Origin: a virus
Lineage: Duplodnaviria; Caudoviricetes
IMG/VR virus record: IMGVR_UViG_3300021256_000077
Coordinates: 1-64,000 of that record
DNA: 64,000 nt
Direction: 5' to 3' (one strand)
Shown: in pieces, positions 37,136-45,444 of the stretch
Layout of the letters: each line of letters opens with the position of its first letter
How positions within the stretch are numbered: the stretch's first letter is position 1
Position numbers and translations under genes: made by a program
Notes under the pieces: model-generated
Seen by the model: only the letters and a program-made list of their open reading frames with translations
What the model was told of the DNA's origin: nothing
Databases searched by the model: none

Positions 37136-37729
37136 TTAATAGCCGTAAAGGTGGACGGGATTCAGAAACGGGTTGCTCAGTGTCTCCTGCATGTTTGCCC
37201 CGGCTGGAATCTGCCATACCGGGCCTTCTGGCTCAGCCTTAAGCCGCAAATGATACAGCATGTGATCATAGTCTTTCGGCGTCATGCTAAGCATCTTTGC
37301 CAGTTGGTATCCCAGCTCCCGCCGTTCTGGTGACGGGTCGTAGGTCGAAGGAAGCACGTGAGCAAGCGGTGACGGGTCAAGTGCCTCGTCATCCAGAATG
37401 AGTTGATCAAGAATCAAATCCTCGATCATCCACTGCCATGCCGTACCCCACACCGCGAACCAGTCCTCGTACTGCCCGTACTGTGGAATCAGCCGCAGAA
37501 TACGTTTACCATCTGAGGCCCACATGAAGTCGCAGAAACGGCTGAAGACATGCCGGAAGAAGAGGGTATCACCCGTTCCCCGTATGTAGAAAAGGCAGCG
37601 CAGAGCAAGGTTCGAGTCCTCGCTCCATGCCGCCTGGAATACATGAATCATTTCGTCCGGCGGAAGTCGGCTAAGCTTTCCCGCCATGTCATACATCTTC
37701 TGAACCGCGCCATTCATTGGTTGCCTCAT
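37136..37729 (-). CDS. DUF2828-like (Ro60/TROVE-related) helical protein lacking the vWA domain
   Basis: FQAAWSEDSNLALRCLFYIR...IPQYGQYEDW...LAHVLPS...LAKMLSMTPKDY resembles the DUF2828 N-terminus. ATGA overlap with the upstream gene; stop lies 1 nt before the suppressor tRNA. Confidence 0.55.
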   Translation of the reverse strand: MRQPMNGAVQKMYDMAGKLSRLPPDEMIHVFQAAWSEDSNLALRCLFYIRGTGDTLFFRHVFSRFCDFMWASDGKRILRLIPQYGQYEDWFAVWGTAWQWMIEDLILDQLILDDEALDPSPLAHVLPSTYDPSPERRELGYQLAKMLSMTPKDYDHMLYHLRLKAEPEGPVWQIPAGANMQETLSNPFLNPVHLYGY

Positions 37730-38946
37730 TTTAGTCTGATTGGATATGTGCAACGCCGTCCATATTCGCGTTCCATAACCAGAGCAATGGCTCCAGGCTC
37801 TCCGCCCATCTCACACGCCACCGCATAGTCATTCATGCCGCAGATTGACGGGACGCGCAGGATCACGCTGTTGCCATCACGGGTTACGCCCGCATTGAAT
37901 TCCTCGGCCTTATGCAGATGGCCGCAAAGGAAGAAGTCCACAGGGACTCCGTAAAGGTTTACGCTGTCTCTGGCAATGTCGCTGATCTTCTTGCCAAACG
38001 CGCCGTCGCCATGAAGAAGCATGAAGTGGTAATCGAAGACGCTGAAGTACTCGCGCCGTTCGCCCTTGCCTTCCACGGAAACAAGCTCATTGTCCTGGAG
38101 TCTGGCTTTCAGATACCAGAGGATAATTCGCTCAAGGTTTTCATCCTCGAACTCGCGTGACTTCGCACCCAGCGGCCTGACCTCGGAATGGTTGCCGTTC
38201 ACAGCATGCACGACCACGTATGCGTATTCCGAAAGGGAATTAATCCATTCTGCGAGATATTCCGCAAGGTACATGGTCTGGTCGATCACGCCGTACTCAA
38301 GTTTGGTGAGCTGGTTTTTATGAATCATACCGTCAATCATGTCGCCTACGAAACACAGGTGAACCACGCTGACTTCCTCGTGCATTACGATGGCGGCCGC
38401 CTGATCAAGCAAGCTGTCCATCCGCTTCTCAAAGATTTCCCGGTTGTAGGCGTTCAGCACATCGTCCCCGCGAAGACCCTTGATGTTGAACTCCGCGCCG
38501 TAATGCATGTCGCCTATTCCAAGCACAAGCTCCCGGTTCTCGGTGCGATCCGTATAGACCGTGGGTGAAACTGGCGGGCGTTCAAGCTTGGGCATCTGTC
38601 GTGCGGCTTCCACGATGGCATCGGCCAGTTCCTGCCGTCTGGCATCGCTCCGCATGTAGGAATTGATTTCCCGCCTGAGGTCGCGCAGTTTCTGTTTGTC
38701 ACCGTAGACCGAAGTGCCGTCGTAGGCCGTGACGTTTTCCTCATGGGGCGTGCTTGCACGACCCTGCTCAGCTTCCCCGGCCTCCAGGTCTGCCACGAAC
38801 TCCATGCCCACCGCAGCCTTCCGCAGATGGTCGGGCGTCATGTCAAGGTCGTAGAGATCAACAAGTTCGCTCCAGTCTATATCGGCCTAGCCACGCTTCT
38901 TGGCGACCGCCTGTTCCAGAAGTTGTCGCCGTTCGGCCAGACACAT
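37726..38946 (-). CDS. Calcineurin-like metallophosphoesterase with 1 recoded TAG
   Basis: GDMHYG, GDMIDG, GNHSE, HGD, GHLH motifs. N-terminal extension across TAG 38889-38887 (KKRG*ADIDWSE). Confidence 0.8.
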
Positions 38947-38950
38947 CTCT

Positions 38951-39658
38951 TCAAATTTCCGTCCCAATTTCCTTTACCGCTCCTTCTGGCAGTCGTTCCA
39001 TGTTTTGATCATAGAATATGCCGTTCTCGGATACGATGACCGTATCCATTGCGTAGTACATGCCAAGTCCCGTTTCCTGCCCGCCGTACTGCGGTGCGCT
39101 CAGATGCCACGTGCGTCCGCCCCAGTGGAATATCCCTTCGGTGTCCACCCGGCATCGAGTGAGATCATGGAAGCCGCCAATCTTCCGCTCCATGGCTACG
39201 CGCTCCTGCCTGTCCAGCGTTTTCGGTCTGGGTGCGGATTTGCGCTTTACCTTGGGAATGGCCTCATCCAGCGTATCCATCACTTGCCGGAAAACGCGCC
39301 ACTCCTCGGCGTCCCCATTGGGAATCCCGGGCGTAACGTGGCTGCCGATCTGCTCGGACACACTGGAGGGACATGAGGATACCGGGATCTCCCTGGCCGC
39401 ATGAACACGGGCCTTGTAGTCAGTCTCGATATCCTCCATGTCGCCCTGAAGCAGGAAATAGGCAAGGCTGTCCTAAAATCGCTTTACTTTCATTTCTGGA
39501 GAGTAAAGGTCGCCATGGTCGTTATCCCAGTTGCGCAGGCAATAGGTTTCCCAGCGGCCTATCAGCTCGTTGGCAATCTCCATCCGTTCTTCGAAGCTGT
39601 CCGTTTCGACGAACCTCGGATACCCCGTCGGCTGCGCTATATGGAATCCTCTTCCCAT
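38951..39658 (-). CDS. Hypothetical protein, 235 aa with 1 recoded TAG
   Basis: Track ORFs 39473..39667 and 38951..39439 are in frame across TAG 39475-39473 (VKRF*DSLAYFLL). Confidence 0.7.
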
Positions 39659-39696
39659 GTTATCCACCCTTCCCTATGTTTATATCAAACAAGTGG

Positions 39697-40320
39697 TCAC
39701 TTTTCGCGCAACTCTTCCAGCGCACCCGCCGAAAGTAAGCCCATGTATATCTTGAGCATCTGATTTTCTTCGCTGTTCGGGTCATCATCCTTGGCGAATT
39801 CTTCAAACGGTTTCAGCTCTTTGCTGTTCCGCCAGTTGATGAATGCCTGTGGATGTTCGAGTATGAGGTTCAAGAAATCGATAAAGTCGTTATATGCCTG
39901 GGGATGATCAAGCATGTCGTCGAGGTTCGGAAACTCGTCCTCATCGTCATCGTCCTCTTCTTCCGGCTCGTCCTCTTCCTCTTCGTCGAACCACGCTTTC
40001 CGCAGGTAGTCGAGATCGAACTTCGTCATATCCTCACCGTCCACATTCATGAACCAGGCATGCGCGTTGATTGCCTTCTTCACGTTGTTTTCCTCGATTG
40101 CCTGGGAGATCGCTTTCCCGGCCACCCCGGAATCTTCGTTGGCGTACTCGAGCAGAAGGCCGTAGATGACAAGATCAATTTCACCTTCGCTCGGATCGCA
40201 GACTCTGATCCAGCTCTTTACCGGATCATTCGCAAATTTTGCATGAGAATTAATCCAAAAATCTCCGTACATAAGTCCCTCCAAATTCTTCTCCCAGAAA
40301 TAGGGATGTTTTTCTTCCAA
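39697..40320 (-). CDS. Acidic hypothetical protein
   Basis: Track ORF with a long D/E tract. Confidence 0.6.
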   Translation of the reverse strand: MEEKHPYFWEKNLEGLMYGDFWINSHAKFANDPVKSWIRVCDPSEGEIDLVIYGLLLEYANEDSGVAGKAISQAIEENNVKKAINAHAWFMNVDGEDMTKFDLDYLRKAWFDEEEEDEPEEEDDDDEDEFPNLDDMLDHPQAYNDFIDFLNLILEHPQAFINWRNSKELKPFEEFAKDDDPNSEENQMLKIYMGLLSAGALEELREK

Positions 40321-40390
40321 AATCCGCGTTCAGATTTCAGGTGGACAATTTATCGACTTTCGATCTGGAACGCGAAATTTGAACTTGTTC

Positions 40391-40682
40391 TCACACTTGA
40401 GTGGTGAGTTCGGATGAAGCTGAACGTCTTACCCTGGCCAACCTGTCCGCCGCCACCTTTTTCTGCTCGTCTGTCATGTGCACTTTCCTCGGCGGGCTGA
40501 TCCTAACCCAGCTTCGGGGAAACATCGCCACGATAGTGCCGTCATTGTCTTCCGGCCTCGTCTTGATCAACACATCGTCCGGGTGTTTCTTTGCAAGCCG
40601 CAGAATGGTGTTCTTCAGCTTCTTCTCGTCGCCACTTGCCCACACCGTTTCACTGTTCGTCCAATCGATTGCGCAATCCATA
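40391..40682 (-). CDS. Conserved small phage protein
   Basis: MDCAIDW...NDGTIVAMFPRSWVRISPPRK after GGAGGAG; paralogous pattern in 59264..59515. Confidence 0.6.
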
Positions 40683-40793
40683 TTCGTTTCTCCTCCACTC
40701 AACACTCAAGTCTAGTTTTGCTCTCCAATTTCGCGTTTCAAAGTCTGGGTGGACATTTTATCAGGTGCGACATCAGAACCGCCAAATCAGGAA

Positions 40794-41123
40794 TCAATCC
40801 CTGACTTGAGCGTAGACTTCCAACCATCTGCGGTTGTTCGCCTCCACGATCTTTGCCACCGCCGACTGAAACGCCCGCCTGATCCGATCCCGGCTAATCC
40901 CGGTGTACGAGGAAACGTCGCCCATCTGCATGCCCCGCTCCTAGCAAGCCACCACGCGCCCCTCCAGCTCGTCCAGGCCAGCCGACTCCTTAGCCGCATC
41001 AAGGGCGATGTAGGCCAGGATGGCGTCCTCCTTGGCTGGGGCCGCGCTCCGCTCCTGAATCTAGGCACGAACGATGCGGGCCTCACTCATCGGCAGGTAG
41101 CTCCAGTCTTCAATTCTCCTCAA
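40794..41123 (-). CDS. Sigma-70 region-4-like HTH regulator, 109 aa with 2 recoded TAG (missing from ORF track)
   Basis: TTG overlaps the upstream TGA; translation ...LPMSEARIVRA*IQERS...AGLDELEGRVVAC*ERGMQMGDVSSYTGISRDRIRRAFQSAVAKI; TAGs at 41063 and 40943. Confidence 0.7.
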
Positions 41124-41554
41124 ATCCCATCCCCGCCTTCGGCGTTGATGGTCTTATCCTGTAGACCACCGCTTCCGCGCTGGCCTTCGCTTTCCCCGCT
41201 TTCGCCCGCCCCGTGCTTGGGCTTGCCCGCCTTGCCCGCCTTATCCTTTCGCATGGCTTCGTCGTACATCGCCTGTAGCTTTGCCAGCCTCACCTTGGTT
41301 TCCTTGTGCTCCTTGTTGAGCGCGTTGTACTCGTCGTCCGCCTCATCCAGGGTGCGCTGCATGTTGGCCAGCCGTTCATTCAAGGTCTCCACTTCGCTGA
41401 TTCCGGCCACCGCGTTCACGATATCGTCCACGTGGCTTGCCATGATATTGCGGATGCGCTCCTTGGAAGACGCCACCCCGTTGCCCGTCTGCTTGGCCGC
41501 ATCAAGTTTCCGCTTTGCGGACATCAGTTCATCAATCCAGCCTGAACTTGCCAT
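41120..41554 (-). CDS. Coiled-coil protein, first gene of the late arm
   Basis: Track ORF; AAAGGAGAG RBS before ATG. Confidence 0.6.
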   Translation of the reverse strand: MASSGWIDELMSAKRKLDAAKQTGNGVASSKERIRNIMASHVDDIVNAVAGISEVETLNERLANMQRTLDEADDEYNALNKEHKETKVRLAKLQAMYDEAMRKDKAGKAGKPKHGAGESGESEGQRGSGGLQDKTINAEGGDGI

Positions 41555-41586
41555 TGTTATCTCTCCTTTCACTAGGGGTATCTTCT

Positions 41587-41646
41587 CCCCCTACGCTTTA
41601 TAAGATCACAAGGTCACATGTTTTTTGCACGGGCCAGAAAAATTTT
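41587..41646 (-). promoter_or_regulatory. Putative phage-specific promoter of the late arm
   Basis: AAAATTTTTC..CGTGCAAAAAACA-N13-TCTTATA-N3-CGTA-GGGGG, near-identical to 59016-59075. Confidence 0.55.
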
Positions 41647-41682
41647 TTTCGCCGCGGCCTGTTGACCACCCCGCCTGGTCCC

Positions 41683-42115
41683 TCGCGCGCGCGCACGCGT
41701 ATATATAATTAATTAAATAATAGATTTAAATAAAATACTCTTAGATTTAGAGAGATATTGATTAAATAAAAAAAGATATAGAGTCAACTCTATTAACAAA
41801 GTCCTATGTTTTAAGAACCTAGTTAAATTATAGAGTCTAGTATTAACAAACACCTTAATTAAAACATAAAAATACCATACAGTTAACTCTATAAATATAA
41901 TCCCTTCATGGAGTACTAGATACATACTCTATTTACTACATGCATTTAGTACTGAGTTTAAAACATAGATCTTAGTAGTTGGTAGTATCTTTAAAACATA
42001 CCAAAGATAATTTATTAGAACTATGTTTAAAATTATAAAGATCTATGTTTTGGTTTAGATAGAGTCGACTCTATTTATAAAGTTATACGTTCTAAGAACC
42101 AAGTTTATATATAGA
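41683..42115. repeat. AT-rich region with palindromic and iteron-like repeats; candidate origin or packaging site
   Basis: ATAGAGTC(A/G)ACTCTAT at 41778 and 42059; CTATGTTTT-like units in both orientations; preceded by a (CG)n run. Confidence 0.55.
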
Positions 42116-42722
42116 GCCGGAAACGACGCCTGGGGGATGCTCGTTCGTCGGCACGTCGGTATGCGTCTGATGTGCTATGCTGCGATTGATTCAAGAAAGT
42201 TGACTGAAGGAAATTTTTATTTAAGCCGCAAAAAGGGGAAACAGGAACGTTTATGTTTTTTTTACCTACTCGCCCACTAGGTTATTATGTTTTCGAACGT
42301 TAAGTTCCAGGCAATTTAATGCCACATCTGTTTTGCGATATTTGTGCGGCTATTACAAGTGCTCGGCCAGGCGTTGTCTACCATGTAACTTTTATTATGA
42401 CACAATAATTTTCGGCATTGTCAAGCTGCGTAAATTTATGTTGTATCAAATATTATTTTATCCAATACGATTTTCCAGTGCCGGATTTCATATCGAGTAG
42501 AAAGTGGAAGAAGACCGCGCATATTTTGAGTTGCGCTTGTTTTTAGTTTTTCTTTGCGGCTGAGGGCGAAGCTTAGCCTGGAGTTTTCCGGCGAAGGTGG
42601 GAGGTTGAGGTGGGGTGAGGAAAAGTTGACATGCGTTGAAAAGTATGTCGAAAAAAGGTTGCATGGGGGTTTAAAAAAAATTTATAGATGTCAGACGTAA
42701 AATAATAAATCGTCTAAATCTC

Positions 42723-42731
42723 TGCTATACT
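42723..42731 (+). promoter_or_regulatory. Extended -10 promoter for the early arm
   Basis: TGcTATACT ~410 nt upstream of the first plus-strand gene. Confidence 0.4.
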
Positions 42732-43144
42732 TGAGTTGCCAAAGGGAACGGCGAAAGCCGAACCCCAAGGACAGGTCAGAATCCCCGAGTCGACCGGGAA
42801 AAGTCGACATCCGCACGAATCCCATCTCGCATGCGTGGCAATGCATGCGCGGTCGTTCCCCGTCTCACGTTTCCTGCGTGCCGTTGCGCGTTGTGACGGA
42901 TTCCCACGCACTGCCCGCGCGTTGTGGGCTTGTGACCGGGCCATGGCTGTCCGTTTCCGCTGAACCTTGAAAAACGCATAGACCGGGAAAAGCTCCACAA
43001 GTAGCGGGCTTATTCTGAACTATGCGACCGCCCACGGTATACGTGGGATGAGCGACAGACGGGCGTCAGGCCCGGGCATACGTGCTCGGATTGTATCTGT
43101 TAACTCTACAACTCTGTCTATTTTGAAAAGGAAGGTATCTAACT

Positions 43145-43885
43145 ATGAAGAAGAATATCGCTGTGGAACTCTCTCTGCCTGAATCTATCCTGTATCCTAC
43201 TCTGTCTCGTGACTTTGAAGAAGTCAAGGCCTACTCTGACGCTACCCGCGCCTATGACAAGGCTGTCGCTGATGATAACGCTACCACCACGTCTATTCAG
43301 ACCGCGAAGGTGACAATGGACAGTGCCCGCGATGCCGTCGCTGAAAAGTCCCTGCGTACCTATGCCGTCAAGATGGAACAGCTCGCGCAAGAGGTGGGCA
43401 AGCCTGTTACCTACCTGAAAACCGTCTATCCGTACTATGCCACCTGTCAGATTTCCCATGATGGCGGGTATGGCGCGAATATCGCGAATGACGGCGCGTG
43501 GGTGACGCTGTACGACGTCATCGACGTGGAAGCGTCCGGGATTGTGCGCAAGCTCTATCAGGAAGTCATGAAGCGCGTACAGGTCCAGTACATTCAGGAA
43601 GGATTCGCCACGGGCGAACTGGGCGAAAACACCGTATCCGGGAACTGGATTCGCAAGCAATTGCTCGAGATCGTCAGCAAGTACATCGACCCGGAAGGCG
43701 AATATCAGGCCGTAACCATGGATGTCAAGCAGATCGAGGGCGCGTTCCTGACCACCTTGAAGAACAAGACGAACGTGGTCAAGCTTCCGAAGGAAGACGA
43801 ATTCGACCGGGTCGTGCTCAGAGTTCTGAACAGGATTTGCACAGGTGGCCACTATGAGTTCGAGGTCAAGAAGGCCCGCAAGTGA
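43145..43885 (+). CDS. First early gene, hypothetical 246 aa
   Basis: AAGGAAGG RBS; followed by a strong terminator. Confidence 0.7.
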   Translation: MKKNIAVELSLPESILYPTLSRDFEEVKAYSDATRAYDKAVADDNATTTSIQTAKVTMDSARDAVAEKSLRTYAVKMEQLAQEVGKPVTYLKTVYPYYATCQISHDGGYGANIANDGAWVTLYDVIDVEASGIVRKLYQEVMKRVQVQYIQEGFATGELGENTVSGNWIRKQLLEIVSKYIDPEGEYQAVTMDVKQIEGAFLTTLKNKTNVVKLPKEDEFDRVVLRVLNRICTGGHYEFEVKKARK

Positions 43886-43887
43886 TC

Positions 43888-43921
43888 GAAGGGGGTTCGC
43901 CCCCTTCCTTCTTTTTTTTTT
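43888..43921 (+). terminator. Rho-independent terminator
   Basis: GAAGGGGG TTCG CCCCCTTC followed by a long T run. Confidence 0.75.
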
Positions 43922-43990
43922 GTTCCTGGAACGACCAGCGCGTTCCAAGATTTTTTTTTTTTTTTTGGATTTTTTTTGGAGGTGCGAACT

Positions 43991-44269
43991 ATGGGATTGT
44001 TCATCACAAATTCTTCGGAACTCATGGAAATTCTCGGAGTTAATCAGGCCGTTGCTTCTAGCATGGCTAATAACATCGCTCGATACTTTGACAGTAGAAA
44101 AGAAAAGCTAATGACAACAATCGTTGTCATGTTTAAGACGCTTGCCCTTGCAGAGGTCATCGACGGCGAAACATTCGATTCAACGACTATCTATTTCATG
44201 CTAGAAGATTGCTCATCCGCCCGCGAGTTCGTCGACGAGCTTCGCAAACTGAAGGAATACTATGCCTGA
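43991..44269 (+). CDS. Hypothetical protein
   Basis: GGAGGTG RBS; track ORF. Confidence 0.6.
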   Translation: MGLFITNSSELMEILGVNQAVASSMANNIARYFDSRKEKLMTTIVVMFKTLALAEVIDGETFDSTTIYFMLEDCSSAREFVDELRKLKEYYA

Positions 44270-44315
44270 GGGCTGAACGGCCCTCTTTTTGTTTGGAAGA
44301 AAGGAAGGAATCATC

Positions 44316-45155
44316 ATGAAAAAAATTATTCGCGTTATCCGTAAAATGTGGCTACTCTCAAGAGAAACCGTCGCCCGCATCGTAACGACCGCCCTGGCAA
44401 TCATCGGAGCATACGAACAGGACAACGTCCCGGTCAAGATTTCCCTGAGCCGTGGCAACCGCAAGATCGGCAAGGCCTACAACTTTAGCACGATGCCCGT
44501 AATTACCTGTGGAGCATGCCACGACTGCAAACGGGGATGCTATGCCATGAAGTCAGCAGCCAGATACCCGACCTGCATCCGGGCATGGAGCAAGAACACA
44601 TTCATGGTTAGACACTTCTTGTCCGATGTCTACGAACAGCTCACGGAAGAATTCCGCAGAGTGACCAAACCCGAAAACAAGTACTGTCGAATTCACGTGG
44701 CAGGTGAGTTCGAAGCGACCGACTACGCAAAACAGGCAATCGTGGACAAGACCACGAGAAAGTTCGGATGGGCAACACAGCCTATCGAGTTCACCCGGTG
44801 GGGTGAGCTTGCAATGTGGGTACAGCTTGCCCTGGAGCACCCGGACTGGACATTTTGGACCTACACCAAAATGCACTGGGTGGTCAATCTGTACTGCCTG
44901 CTCCATGGCGGTAGGCATGCCGTCCCCCGCAACCTGACCATCATGTTCAGCCGTTGGGGGCTTCGAAGCAAGATCGACAACCCATATGGATTCCCTGAGT
45001 TTATCACTGTTCTCACCGACGAGGGCGAGACCATGCCCGAAGGGTTCTGGGTCTGCCCCGGAAGGTGCAAGGAATGCAAGAAGGAAACCAGCAAGGACGG
45101 CAAGTGCCACGGATGCCTTGCTAACGAAACCACTGTGACCGAGAACCATAACTGA
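44316..45155 (+). CDS. GP88-family protein (Cys-rich, radical-SAM-like)
   Basis: GNRKIG..FS..PVITC..C..C..GCYA, RIHVAGEF and FWTYTK motifs. Confidence 0.7.
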   Translation: MKKIIRVIRKMWLLSRETVARIVTTALAIIGAYEQDNVPVKISLSRGNRKIGKAYNFSTMPVITCGACHDCKRGCYAMKSAARYPTCIRAWSKNTFMVRHFLSDVYEQLTEEFRRVTKPENKYCRIHVAGEFEATDYAKQAIVDKTTRKFGWATQPIEFTRWGELAMWVQLALEHPDWTFWTYTKMHWVVNLYCLLHGGRHAVPRNLTIMFSRWGLRSKIDNPYGFPEFITVLTDEGETMPEGFWVCPGRCKECKKETSKDGKCHGCLANETTVTENHN

Positions 45156-45444
45156 TGTGTGCCCGGGCGTGGTGGATTCCCGCCCGGGGAAAGGAAATGA
45201 ATATGACAGATTATGAAATCATGCTGGAAAATATGCTGAATTATGAAGAAACGATGAGCGAAATTAATGCGGAAATTTACGAAAATGATTGTATCTATGC
45301 GGAATGAGGAAAATACCCAATGCGGAAAATTCTAATGCAATTAATGGGCAAATTTGTCCACATAATCCATGCCGGAAATAATGCGCAAATTAACACATTA
45401 GCAGAATTTAATGGGCAAACCAACGAATAAAGGAGAAATGCATC

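Noticed and set aside
40787-41086. Track ORF MRPASFVPRF... (99 aa)
   Set aside because: Arg/Trp-rich off-frame shadow; the TAG-containing frame 40794-41123 gives a coherent HTH protein with translational coupling.
637-41123. Late genes as pseudogenes of a decayed prophage, or sequencing errors
   Set aside because: Every interruption is TAG, with no frameshifts or internal TAA/TGA, and a cognate CUA tRNA is present.
637-41123. Default assignment TAG=Gln (table 15)
   Set aside because: Not favoured: most contexts and the tRNA identity elements fit Leu. It is not formally excluded without alignments.
17-41712. Long plus-strand ORFs over the structural arm (e.g. 4809..5837, 22922..23965, 26637..28076, 28706..29695)
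   Set aside because: Antisense shadows of real minus-strand genes; no RBS or recognisable motifs.
41713-41925. 70-aa hydrophobic ORF in the AT island
   Set aside because: Composition artefact of AT-rich repeats; no RBS.
41760-42115. CRISPR array
   Set aside because: Repeats are short, degenerate, in both orientations and irregularly spaced; no cas genes.
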